From the NCBI GenBank assembly GCA_038845265.1, contig JAWBQR010000005.1, positions 60,558 to 124,557 on the forward strand: a stretch of DNA of 64,000 nt, in the 5' to 3' direction. Shown here one piece after another: positions 39,475-48,221 of the stretch. This stretch comes from Nitrososphaerota archaeon. GTDB taxonomy: Archaea > Thermoproteota > Nitrososphaeria_A > Caldarchaeales > Calditenuaceae. Within the stretch, counting starts at the first letter, position 1. Each line of letters starts with the position of its first letter. A program made the translations under genes and the position numbers. The notes beneath the pieces were generated by a model. The model searched no databases. It was given only the letters and a program-made list of their open reading frames with translations, and was not told the origin of the DNA.

Positions 39475-39951
39475 TTATTGATACATGCTCTCAGGCGGCT
39501 TAGTCGCCTTCAACATCATTTGTAGGAGCTCCTTACATACATCTCTAGTGGCTGCAAGCGCCTCTGCGAGCTCGTTGATCGTAACTATTCCGATTAGTTT
39601 TCCGCCCTTCTCTATGACTGGAAGCCTGCGGAATCCATAGCTCGCCATTAGTTTAACCGCATCGATTAGACTAGAGTCAGGCTCAATGGCGATGACTGGA
39701 TAAGACATTATTTCGCTCACCTTGATGGTCGTGTGGTCTATGCCTGTTGCGAGCACCCGCCTAACCAAGTCTCTCTCAGTCACTATTCCGATTATCTTGT
39801 TATCCCTCGTGACGAGTAGGCAGCCTACATTCATACGGTCCATCATTATTGCCGCCTCTCTGATTGTTCTCTCAGAGTCAATCATTATGTTTACCGCCCT
39901 GGCGAGTGTACCGACTTTAACCTCGCCCTCGCCACTAACTTCCCCACTCAT
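39475..39951 (-). CDS. CBS-pair protein
   Basis: GIVTERD, VSEIMSYP, RRLPV. Confidence 0.9.
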   Translation of the reverse strand: MSGEVSGEGEVKVGTLARAVNIMIDSERTIREAAIMMDRMNVGCLLVTRDNKIIGIVTERDLVRRVLATGIDHTTIKVSEIMSYPVIAIEPDSSLIDAVKLMASYGFRRLPVIEKGGKLIGIVTINELAEALAATRDVCKELLQMMLKATKPPESMYQ

Positions 39952-40087
39952 TTATTTATCAATAATATCAGCTTTATAGTCGCTTATAACCAATCCTCAG
40001 AACTAATTCTTGAAGAAAAATCCATAATCAATATTCTATATACTCAAACTATAAATTGCATCTTCCCGATTGATTTATTGTTAGAAG

Positions 40088-41071
40088 TTGGGAGAGGCAA
40101 CCTGCTCTGCTCCTGGAAAGGTCATACTTACTGGCGAGCACTTTGTGGTCTATGGCGCTAGGGCCATTGCTGGTGCAATCGACCTTAGGGCATACGCCAC
40201 GGCCAGCACGAGGAATGACGGCGTAATCTCGATTTTCTCAGAAGACATGGGAATATCGGCTGAATGGCGAGGAAGCGACCTATTGAGAGAATCTAAGCGA
40301 GGAGTATCTGAGAGGCTTAGACCTCTTAAAGAGGCCCTATCTGCGGTAATCAGCAAAGTAGAGGGAAGTGGACTGACGGTAAATATTAATTCACAGATTC
40401 CAAGAGCTTCTGGACTTGGCTCTTCTGCTGCCGTTGCTGTGTCTTGTGTGGCTGCCGGTCTCCATGCATATGGATATAGGCCGTCTCCTCCAGAGATAAT
40501 TAACTTCGCATCAATCGCTGAGGGAATTATACATTATAGGGCTTCGGGAGTCGACTTAGCCGTCTCCACTTATGGAGGAGTCATTTCTTACAGACGTGGA
40601 AGCAAGCCAACAAAGATAGAGATTAAAAAGCCGATCTCCCTACTACTGATTGATGTAGGAACTCCTAGAAGAACTGGAGACATGGTTAGACATGTCTCTC
40701 TCCTACGTGAGCAATACATATCGGTCTTCGAGAAGATCAGAGAGACAGTCGAGGAGATCACCTCAGAATGCGAATTAGCACTAATCAACAATAGATACGA
40801 GAGGCTCGGCGACCTATTGATGATTAATCACAACCTGCTGAGGGCTATCGGGGTATCTACTAAGGAGCTTGATAATGCCCTTGAACTCGCAATTAGGTCT
40901 GGCGCGATTGGTGGTAAGCTGACGGGAGGAGGTGGGGGAGGATGCGTCATCGCGGTAGTACATGAGAAAGAAATCGACGCGGTATACAGAAAGTTGCTGA
41001 GGACATACAGTGTCTACAAAGTCACGATTCCTCAGGACGGAGTCAGGTGTGACTCTTATAAGCCGGAATAA
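40088..41071 (+). CDS. mvk: Mevalonate kinase
   Basis: APGKVILTGEHFVVYG, GHMP loop IPRASGLGSSAA, SGVD, KLTGGGGGGC. Confidence 0.92.
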   Translation: MGEATCSAPGKVILTGEHFVVYGARAIAGAIDLRAYATASTRNDGVISIFSEDMGISAEWRGSDLLRESKRGVSERLRPLKEALSAVISKVEGSGLTVNINSQIPRASGLGSSAAVAVSCVAAGLHAYGYRPSPPEIINFASIAEGIIHYRASGVDLAVSTYGGVISYRRGSKPTKIEIKKPISLLLIDVGTPRRTGDMVRHVSLLREQYISVFEKIRETVEEITSECELALINNRYERLGDLLMINHNLLRAIGVSTKELDNALELAIRSGAIGGKLTGGGGGGCVIAVVHEKEIDAVYRKLLRTYSVYKVTIPQDGVRCDSYKPE

Positions 41072-41072
41072 A

Positions 41073-41080
41073 TTTAAATA
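41073..41080 (+). promoter_or_regulatory. TATA box for the box C/D sRNA
   Basis: TTTAAATA 23-30 nt upstream of the sRNA 5' end. Confidence 0.55.
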
Positions 41081-41102
41081 AGAGATTCGAGAAACTCTAT
41101 AC

Positions 41103-41159
41103 GCTGTGATGATTTTGCCGAGTCCTGAATAGAGATGAGGACTCCCAGGTTATCTGAGC
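41103..41159 (+). ncRNA. Box C/D 2'-O-methylation guide sRNA
   Basis: Box C GTGATGA 41106-41112, D' CTGA 41125-41128, C' GAGATGA 41132-41138, D CTGA 41154-41157; 12- and 15-nt guides; short terminal complementarity; pyrimidine tract downstream. Confidence 0.85.
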
Positions 41160-41170
41160 ATCCCTTTCTT

Positions 41171-42073
41171 CTAGAATCCAATTAGTGATCCTACAATTAT
41201 TCCGATAATCAAGGCGATGCCGAACTGCATTGTTAATTGCGCAGTTATAGGATCAGCAGCATCTGGAACCTCTCTTCTAAAGAGATTGATAATCTTGATC
41301 GCTCTCGGCAATGTTAAGAGTGTCAGAAATGCCATGGGCGTCAATGTTCTTACCACAATCATTAAAGCAGTAATTATGTAAGCCGAGGACAACATTGCGA
41401 TGTAGAGTTTTACAGATCTCTGTTTGCCGAGTATTATTGCGAGGGTTCTTATTCCAGCCGAGGCGTCATAGTCTATGTCGCGTATGTTGTTTGCGAATAC
41501 CACTAATCCTACAAGTATTCCTACTGGAAGGGAGATAGCCATGACTTGAACGTCTATCTGCCCAGTCAATACATAGTAGGTCCCGCCAGTCATTAATGGT
41601 CCCCAGACCAGAATGACTGAGGGCTCCCCCAGTGCTCGGTACTTGAGCAATAGAGGCTTGGCGGTGTAGAAATAACTGAAGAATAGCCCAGCAACCGTGA
41701 AGGCCACGACGATTAATCCTCTGATAAATGCGATATATGTTGCAATGGACAATACGAATGCATATAGCCCAGCAACGACTGATGCAAATGTTTTTGCCGA
41801 GATTCCTAAACTTAGAAGTGGATGCTGCCTATACTTCGCGGTAGGTGCAGCTATCGTATCAACTCGATGCTTGACGTCGAAATAATCATTAGCCATATTT
41901 GTAGCGGCGTGGAAGGCTATAAGCCCAATAAGGGTAAGCATAAAGAGCAGCGGGTCAAGTCCATTCTTAGCATAGGCGAGCACTCCTCCAAGCCCTACCG
42001 AGACAACCGTCATGACGAAAGACCAAGGCCTAGTAGAGTAGAACCATACACGTAGGCTCATCAGATAAGTCAA
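41171..42073 (-). CDS. menA: 1,4-dihydroxy-2-naphthoate prenyltransferase-like (MenA/UbiA family)
   Basis: TRPWS, NMANDYFD, LKYRALGE, ANNIRDIDYD..AGIRTLA. Confidence 0.82.
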   Translation of the reverse strand: MTYLMSLRVWFYSTRPWSFVMTVVSVGLGGVLAYAKNGLDPLLFMLTLIGLIAFHAATNMANDYFDVKHRVDTIAAPTAKYRQHPLLSLGISAKTFASVVAGLYAFVLSIATYIAFIRGLIVVAFTVAGLFFSYFYTAKPLLLKYRALGEPSVILVWGPLMTGGTYYVLTGQIDVQVMAISLPVGILVGLVVFANNIRDIDYDASAGIRTLAIILGKQRSVKLYIAMLSSAYIITALMIVVRTLTPMAFLTLLTLPRAIKIINLFRREVPDAADPITAQLTMQFGIALIIGIIVGSLIGF

Positions 42074-42097
42074 TTATCTGCTCTTTTTATTTAAGCA

Positions 42098-42700
42098 TTA
42101 TCGAAGTGGCGCGAATACGAATATAAGCTCTGTCCAAGTTATATGCGATGCTGAAGCTGATGCGAGGGAGCCTGTCTTCATGTAGAGAAGCCCCCATACT
42201 ACTCCGGCGATGAAAGCGACGAGCATTAGGGGAATATTCATCGTCCATACATGAACCGAGGAGTATAGCAGGGAGGATAACGCTAACGCATGCATTGTTC
42301 CCATCTTTTCTCTGAGGACGTGCAGTATTAATCCTCTCCAATAGGACTCCTCGCCTATACTCGTAAAGATTAGCAGCAATGCTACGCTGTATGGCTCGAC
42401 GCCCATGCCTAACTTGTAGACCTCTGATGCGCTATGAGCTACGAGAAACTCTAACAGTCTGTACCCAGCGAGCATAAATAAGTATAGTCCCATGCCGACT
42501 GCAACTCCAATTAATAGTTCTACGGACGATGTCCTAAATTCACGAATAATGTCTTTTCTCCTCAGTATTAGTGAGAAGCTGAGCAAAACAAAAACAGAAA
42601 GGACAAGTCGTAGCCAGAAGGAGGAAAAATTAACCCTAAAAGTGAAGAACCATAGTGTATACGCCAAAGGAATTGAAAATAATGAGCCCATCCACAACAC
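42098..42700 (-). CDS. CPBP (Abi/CAAX) intramembrane metalloprotease
   Basis: GEESYWRG, YSSVH, SHITW motifs. Confidence 0.85.
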   Translation of the reverse strand: MLWMGSLFSIPLAYTLWFFTFRVNFSSFWLRLVLSVFVLLSFSLILRRKDIIREFRTSSVELLIGVAVGMGLYLFMLAGYRLLEFLVAHSASEVYKLGMGVEPYSVALLLIFTSIGEESYWRGLILHVLREKMGTMHALALSSLLYSSVHVWTMNIPLMLVAFIAGVVWGLLYMKTGSLASASASHITWTELIFVFAPLR

Positions 42701-42768
42701 TCATCACCCGAGGCTTACCAACAAATAACTAAACAATACATGCTAATTCAATAATCTTCATAGAACTA

Positions 42769-42888
42769 CTAAATGGTGATAGCCATGTCTCTAATTTCAT
42801 CATAGTCCTGAGCGATGGCTGAACTTATCGCCTCCCCCACCAGTTTTTCCTTATTAAGAACCGGCATAACTATCGATATCAACTTCAA
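42769..42888 (-). pseudogene. Truncated N-terminal remnant of a GT2 glycosyltransferase
   Basis: MKLISIVMPVLNKEKLVGEAISSAIAQDYDEIRDMAITI* follows the GT2 start pattern (ISIVIPxxNxExxxxxAIxSxxxQxY) and stops before the VVDDGS motif. Confidence 0.55.
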
Positions 42889-42962
42889 AACATCTCTATG
42901 TAGAGAGTATTTTAAAGTTCTATTAGACTCAGGCTATTTTTAACGTCATTTTCGGTTTCGTA

Positions 42963-42997
42963 CGATATCTATATATTTTGATATTTCATGATATATC
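42963..42997. promoter_or_regulatory. Putative PadR autoregulatory operator (GATAT-containing palindromes)
   Basis: GATATC 42964-42969, TGATAT 42979-42984 and GATATATC 42990-42997 overlap the padR promoter/start. Confidence 0.35.
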
Positions 42998-43515
42998 TTA
43001 TGCATCTACCTTTCGAGCCATGGCCACTCTGGCACGTCGGTAGGGCGAAGCATCTCTGGGGAAGGTTGTTTAAGCCTCTTAGACGTGGAGATTTTAGGTT
43101 GCTTGTGCTCGAGGTGTTGAAGAAGAGGCCGATGCATGGATACGAAGTCGCGAAGGAGATTAGCGAGCTGTTCGGCGGATTCTATGAGCCTAGCCCAGGC
43201 ATAGTTTATCCAACGCTTCAGTGGCTCGAGGATGAGGGATACGTAAGGGCAGACCAAGTAGATGGGAAGAAGGTCTACAGCATAACAGAGGCAGGCAAGA
43301 AATTCCTAGAGAGCAAAGAGGACAGCATAAAGAGAGTAATGGAGACATGCACAGGATTCCTATCTGATGAGAGGTTCAAACTATTCAGCGAGGGCAGGAA
43401 ACTCGCACAGACAGTCCTACTACTACTCACTGACGCGACCGATGAACAATTAAGGGAAGCCGCAAAGATAATTGAGGATGCGAGAAAAAGAATAGCCGAG
43501 CTGATGATCAAGTAA
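42988..43515 (+). CDS. PadR-family transcriptional regulator (YqjI-like)
   Basis: RPMHGYE, PSPGIVYPTL..LEDEG, KKVYSITEAG. Confidence 0.92.
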   Translation: MIYLMHLPFEPWPLWHVGRAKHLWGRLFKPLRRGDFRLLVLEVLKKRPMHGYEVAKEISELFGGFYEPSPGIVYPTLQWLEDEGYVRADQVDGKKVYSITEAGKKFLESKEDSIKRVMETCTGFLSDERFKLFSEGRKLAQTVLLLLTDATDEQLREAAKIIEDARKRIAELMIK

Positions 43516-44513
43516 TGTCAACAATAGTAGTTGAAAGACTGGTGAAGAGATTCGGAAACATAGTCGCGGTCGATGAAGTCTCCTTCACGGTTAATCGTGG
43601 AGAGCTCTTCGGCTTCCTAGGACCTAACGGAGCTGGGAAGACAACGACGATAAGCATCTTGACGACACTCCTCAAGCCTACGTCTGGCAGGGCTCTGGTC
43701 GGCGGATTCGACGTCGAGTCTGAGGCTGATAAGGTGAGGAGAATAGTTGGTCTCGTACCTCAGGACATCACTGTTGATGATGACTTGACCGGGTGGGAAA
43801 ACCTGATGCTCCATGCAGGGCTCTACCATCTAGATAGGCAGGAAGCCAAGAGGAGGGCTAGAGAAGTGCTGGAGCTCGTCAATCTGCTGGATGCTGCTAA
43901 TAGAAAAGTAGAGACGTATTCTGGAGGAATGAGGAAGAGACTTGAGCTGGCCGCGGGGCTGATGCATCATCCACAGATACTTTTCTTGGACGAGCCTACA
44001 CTTGGCCTTGATGTCCAGACGAGGACCGCGATATGGGACTACGTGAAAAGACTTAGGAATGAGCTTGGAATGACGATCTTCCTGACGACGCACTACATGG
44101 ACGAGGCTGACACGCTATGCGATCGAATCGCGATAATCGATCATGGAAAGATAAGGGCGATAGACACGCCGACGAACTTAAAGAATAGCCTCGGGGGCGA
44201 TATAATAGAGCTCGAGGTCACGCATAACAATCCAGAAGAGGTAACAACTCAGCTGGGCAGGATAGATGCTGTCAGGAAGACATCGTTTGTTAATGGAGTC
44301 TTCAGGGTGACTGTTGAGCGTGGCGAGGAGACCCTGCCAGTCATGCTTGAAGCTCTCCTTAGAAGAGGCTTTAGGGTCACGAAGGTCGTCATGAAGAAGC
44401 CCACGCTCGACGAGGTCTTTCTCGAGTATACGGGGCGGGCGTTGAGGGAGGAGCAGGGAAGCTGGGAGGAGACCCGCCGTCAAATGGCAATAATTCGGAG
44501 GATGAGAGCTTGA
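43515..44513 (+). CDS. DrrA-type ABC exporter ATP-binding protein
   Basis: GPNGAGKTT, YSGGMRKRLE, LDEPT, TTHYMDEA, PTLDEVF. Confidence 0.93.
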   Translation: MSTIVVERLVKRFGNIVAVDEVSFTVNRGELFGFLGPNGAGKTTTISILTTLLKPTSGRALVGGFDVESEADKVRRIVGLVPQDITVDDDLTGWENLMLHAGLYHLDRQEAKRRAREVLELVNLLDAANRKVETYSGGMRKRLELAAGLMHHPQILFLDEPTLGLDVQTRTAIWDYVKRLRNELGMTIFLTTHYMDEADTLCDRIAIIDHGKIRAIDTPTNLKNSLGGDIIELEVTHNNPEEVTTQLGRIDAVRKTSFVNGVFRVTVERGEETLPVMLEALLRRGFRVTKVVMKKPTLDEVFLEYTGRALREEQGSWEETRRQMAIIRRMRA

Positions 44514-45382
44514 TGGAGATATTTACGGAGGTTTATGTCTTACTGGATAGGGAGCTGAAGAAGTGGTATAGGTCGCCCTTCCTATTGATTATGACGATTA
44601 TCCAGCCAGTGATATGGATGGGGCTCTTCGGCAAGGCATTGAACTTGACTGGACTATTCCAGATACCGGAGGATGTACTGGCCCAGCTCCCACCGTCAGT
44701 CACCTCGCAGATCGGCCAGCTCTTCAATAGGTTGATGCTGACCTTGTTCGGCGCCTCTGAGATAGATTACTTCTCATACATGTCGGTTGGGATGCTCTCG
44801 ATAGTCATACTTTTCACCTCGATGTCGAGCGGCATGTCGATAGCTTGGGATAGGCGTCTCGGGTTCCTGAACAAGCTGCTCGTCTCTCCAATAAAGAGAG
44901 GCTCGATAATAATTGCCAAGGTCTTGTCAGGCGTTGTAAGATCCGTATTGCAGGCGATACTCGTTATGCTCTTCGCGGTTGCTCTAGGAGCGAGGTATAG
45001 TCTTGCTGGACCGCTGGCGCCACTCGTGGTATTGCTCGCCCTCACGCTTCTCTCGCTTGGGCTCTCATCCTTGTTTGTCTCACTTGCAGTTAGAGTAAAG
45101 AGCTGGGAGTCACAAATGGCGATAATGAATCTGCTTAACCTGCCATTGATGTTTGCTAGTAATGCTCTTTATCCAATAAAGATGATGCCGAGCTGGCTTC
45201 AGGGAGTCGCGTCTGTTAATCCGATTAGCTATGCAGTCGACGCAGTCAGGCAGGCACTGCTCTTCGGAGCCTCTGCAAGCACCACTACTATTCTTCTCGA
45301 CTTAGGGGCACTCGCTCTCTTTGCAACTATTTTGTCCAGCATCGGCGTCCTCATAGCTGATCGGGGATTAAGGAGGAGCTAG
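44510..45382 (+). CDS. ABC-2 type exporter permease (DrrB-like)
   Basis: DRRLGFL..LLVSP, MFASNALYP, NPISYAVDA.R. Confidence 0.9.
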   Translation: MMEIFTEVYVLLDRELKKWYRSPFLLIMTIIQPVIWMGLFGKALNLTGLFQIPEDVLAQLPPSVTSQIGQLFNRLMLTLFGASEIDYFSYMSVGMLSIVILFTSMSSGMSIAWDRRLGFLNKLLVSPIKRGSIIIAKVLSGVVRSVLQAILVMLFAVALGARYSLAGPLAPLVVLLALTLLSLGLSSLFVSLAVRVKSWESQMAIMNLLNLPLMFASNALYPIKMMPSWLQGVASVNPISYAVDAVRQALLFGASASTTTILLDLGALALFATILSSIGVLIADRGLRRS

Positions 45383-45439
45383 AACTACTCATCTAATAGT
45401 CTCGATGGAACATCTATATCGATGAACTAATTTTTATTC

Positions 45440-46477
45440 TTGGTTTTGGGAAGCAATGAAGTAGTCGTTCCAACTGAGAGGATAGAGGAATGGATTGATA
45501 GCGTCAAGCCCAGACGAATATTGGTCCAGGCGCCGCTCGGCCTGAGAAACGCTATTCCATTAATAATTAACGTCCTTGATAGGAGAGGCGTTGAGGCATA
45601 CGTCTCGATGAGTCCCACTTGGGGTGGCTGCGACGTGGCAGTCCGCGAAGCACGTGATATTGATGCTGACGGGATAATCCATGTCGGGCACACGCAGTTT
45701 CTTGCTAGTCATCCACTGCCCATATTATTCATCGAGGGATGGTATTCTGACCCTGAGCCTCTGCTCAGACTTGCGCCAAAAGTAGTGGAATTGTTGAGGG
45801 GGTATAGTAAAGTTGGACTTGGGGCGACGGTCCAGTGGACGACTCATTTATCAAAATTTGCTGACGAGCTGAGAAATGCGGGGTTCAGCGTGCTGATCGG
45901 GGCTCAAGAGGGAATAAGAATCATCCATAGTGGGCAGGTGCTTGGCTGTGACTACTCTTCACTAAAATCAGTGGAGGGAAACGTTGATTGTTTTGTCGTC
46001 ATTGGCTCTGTCTTTCACGCGCTTGGGGCTGGCCTGGTCTCTGATAGACGAGTGCTCTCAGTTGAGCCGGAGAGCCAGAGGGCAACTTGGATGGATGATA
46101 TGGTTAGGAAGATCTACTCCCAGAGATACGCCAACATAAGAAGGTTCAAGGAGTCAAGAAGAATAGGAATCATTGTAAGCGTGAAGCCCGGGCAGATGCA
46201 TCTAGGACTCGCGAGAAAACTTAAGAGTCTATTGGAGAGACATGGATACGATGCTGATATATTGATTACTGATGAAGTCTCTGAGCCCCTCATCATGGAG
46301 AGTCGGTACGATGCATATGTGAATACTGCTTGTCCGAGACTCAGCATCGAGGACCAGGCCCGCTTCTCCAAGCCACTCCTACTCCCCTCAGAAGTAATGG
46401 TGGCGATTGGAAGATTAAAATGGGAAGAAATAATAGGCAAAAAAATATATCTCTCATTAAGCCTACCTGAAGTCTAG
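45440..46477 (+). CDS. dph2: Diphthamide biosynthesis enzyme Dph2
   Basis: WGGCD, HVGH, GQVLGCD, KPGQ, TACPR (three Fe-S cysteines). Confidence 0.92.
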   Translation: MVLGSNEVVVPTERIEEWIDSVKPRRILVQAPLGLRNAIPLIINVLDRRGVEAYVSMSPTWGGCDVAVREARDIDADGIIHVGHTQFLASHPLPILFIEGWYSDPEPLLRLAPKVVELLRGYSKVGLGATVQWTTHLSKFADELRNAGFSVLIGAQEGIRIIHSGQVLGCDYSSLKSVEGNVDCFVVIGSVFHALGAGLVSDRRVLSVEPESQRATWMDDMVRKIYSQRYANIRRFKESRRIGIIVSVKPGQMHLGLARKLKSLLERHGYDADILITDEVSEPLIMESRYDAYVNTACPRLSIEDQARFSKPLLLPSEVMVAIGRLKWEEIIGKKIYLSLSLPEV

Positions 46478-46485
46478 AATAGTTT

Positions 46486-47061
46486 TTAGGTTGCTGAAGC
46501 TGCTTTACCACCATATTTTATAACGAAGCTTCTGAATCCCTCGTGTCCACCGAGTGCCGCCATGAATGCCGCCATTACGCTCACCTCGAAGACCCCCTTT
46601 ACGAGGATCGGCAGCCATAATCCATAAAGGAATTCAGGCGACCCAGGAAGAAGCATAGGCACCATGGTTGAGAAAACAACATAGATCCATAAAGCCTCAG
46701 GGATGTAGCTCAGCAGGACGACCGGAACGTAGTAAAGAGAACTCCTGCTCAGTGGTCTGATTATTCTTGAGAGCAGTCCAGCGGTGATCCCTACGATCGC
46801 CTTTCCTATGGATGCCGTCACTCCTAGGGGGCCTAGACTGCCCAATGGTCCAAACCATATTGAGGGGACGATGCCTGCCAAGAGTCCCGTGATTCCCCCA
46901 ATTACTGGGCCGCCAAAAATAGCCGCGATATACACCGGTAGAAGCGAGAAGTCAAGAGCAACTTGCTGAATCATTGTTGGCGCGATTGTGATAAATGCAA
47001 GTACATTGCCGAGCGCAGACATCATTAGTACAAAACTCCATTCTCTACTCCCAATTCTCAT
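46486..47061 (-). CDS. ECF transporter S-component
   Basis: SALGNVL, LDFSLLPV.IAA..GGP..GG..G; six TM segments. Confidence 0.75.
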   Translation of the reverse strand: MRIGSREWSFVLMMSALGNVLAFITIAPTMIQQVALDFSLLPVYIAAIFGGPVIGGITGLLAGIVPSIWFGPLGSLGPLGVTASIGKAIVGITAGLLSRIIRPLSRSSLYYVPVVLLSYIPEALWIYVVFSTMVPMLLPGSPEFLYGLWLPILVKGVFEVSVMAAFMAALGGHEGFRSFVIKYGGKAASAT

Positions 47062-47157
47062 CGATGAATTATCATATAGCCCAGTATTTAGTACTGCTAC
47101 TTATTATACCATTTTTAGATAATATTAAACAAATTTTTTAGTAGCTGTATCACTTTT

Positions 47158-47442
47158 TTATGTTAATTTTTTTCCAAAATTCAGCAACTCATTTATCAAT
47201 TCTGGTTTAGCTATAGCGACCACCCTCGATCTACCAACCTCGTATATCGTCACTAGGCCCGCATTCTTTAAAATAGAGATGTGCCTATAGATTGCTGTAT
47301 ATCTCATCTTTAACTCTCTTGAAATTGCCTTTATGTGCAATGGTCTATTACTCTCGGAAACTATTTTTAGTATTTTTAGTCTAGTTGTATTCCCGAGAGC
47401 GTTAAATATATTCGAAATTTTTGTTAATAATTCCTCATTCAT
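47158..47442 (-). CDS. ArsR-family transcriptional regulator
   Basis: FNALGNTTRLKIL, AIYRHISILKNAGLV. Confidence 0.88.
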   Translation of the reverse strand: MNEELLTKISNIFNALGNTTRLKILKIVSESNRPLHIKAISRELKMRYTAIYRHISILKNAGLVTIYEVGRSRVVAIAKPELINELLNFGKKLT

Positions 47443-47523
47443 GTGTAGTATATATACGAATTATTATTAAAGCTTTTTCTATTACAATTTTTTGAGTATC
47501 TATCCATAATTGATAAATCGCTA

Positions 47524-48219
47524 ATGAAAATACCGCGGGTGATGTTGACTGCTCGAGACAACACGACGCACAAAATTGTCGTCGTCACGTTGTTCGGCGG
47601 CCTGGCCGCCCTCCTCACGATTTTCCCGCTGGATTTTCCATTTCCACTCGTTCCCTACCTCAGGTTTGATGCCGCGGAGATCCCGGTATTTGTTGCATTT
47701 ATGCTGTTCGGCCCGACGGCCGGCCTGGCCACTTGTGTTACGTATCTCGGAGTGCTCCTGCCTATAACGATGGGTGAGTGGCTCTGGCCCATCGGGCCAT
47801 TCCTAAAGTTCTTCGCCACTGCCTCTCAAGTATTGGGCATGTCCATTGGGTTTAGGGTGTACCGTCTATTGAAAAGGGGCGGCTACGCTGCATTCCTTAT
47901 ACAACTCACAACTCTAGGCATGATCCTCAGAATAATGGTTATGACGCTTGCCAACTATGCAGTCTTGACCATGACGGCTCAGGTCGAGTTCATCGGCGCC
48001 CTACTGAGAACAATTACTGGATGGAGCCTATCATCAAGCACGGAAGTAATAGTAATTATACTGGTGTTGACAGCGCTGTTCAACGCGCTGCACACTCCGT
48101 TATCAATGATGCCTGCGGCACTCCTGGTCAAGAGGATCTCCAGAGAAGGCTCACTAATCTGCTACAGGGGGGCCTGGATGATCAGGGCCATAGGAAAGGA
48201 CGACCTGACATTAACATAG
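47524..48219 (+). CDS. ECF transporter S-component (RibU-like)
   Basis: FPFPLVPYLRFDAAEIP..AFMLFGP, ANY, FNAL. Confidence 0.78.
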   Translation: MKIPRVMLTARDNTTHKIVVVTLFGGLAALLTIFPLDFPFPLVPYLRFDAAEIPVFVAFMLFGPTAGLATCVTYLGVLLPITMGEWLWPIGPFLKFFATASQVLGMSIGFRVYRLLKRGGYAAFLIQLTTLGMILRIMVMTLANYAVLTMTAQVEFIGALLRTITGWSLSSSTEVIVIILVLTALFNALHTPLSMMPAALLVKRISREGSLICYRGAWMIRAIGKDDLTLT

Positions 48220-48221
48220 AC

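Noticed and set aside
42795-42825. Possible second C/D sRNA (ATGATGA on the minus strand, two CTGA on the plus strand)
   Set aside because: The boxes fall on opposite strands with no correct C-D'-C'-D order; better explained by the GT2 remnant frame
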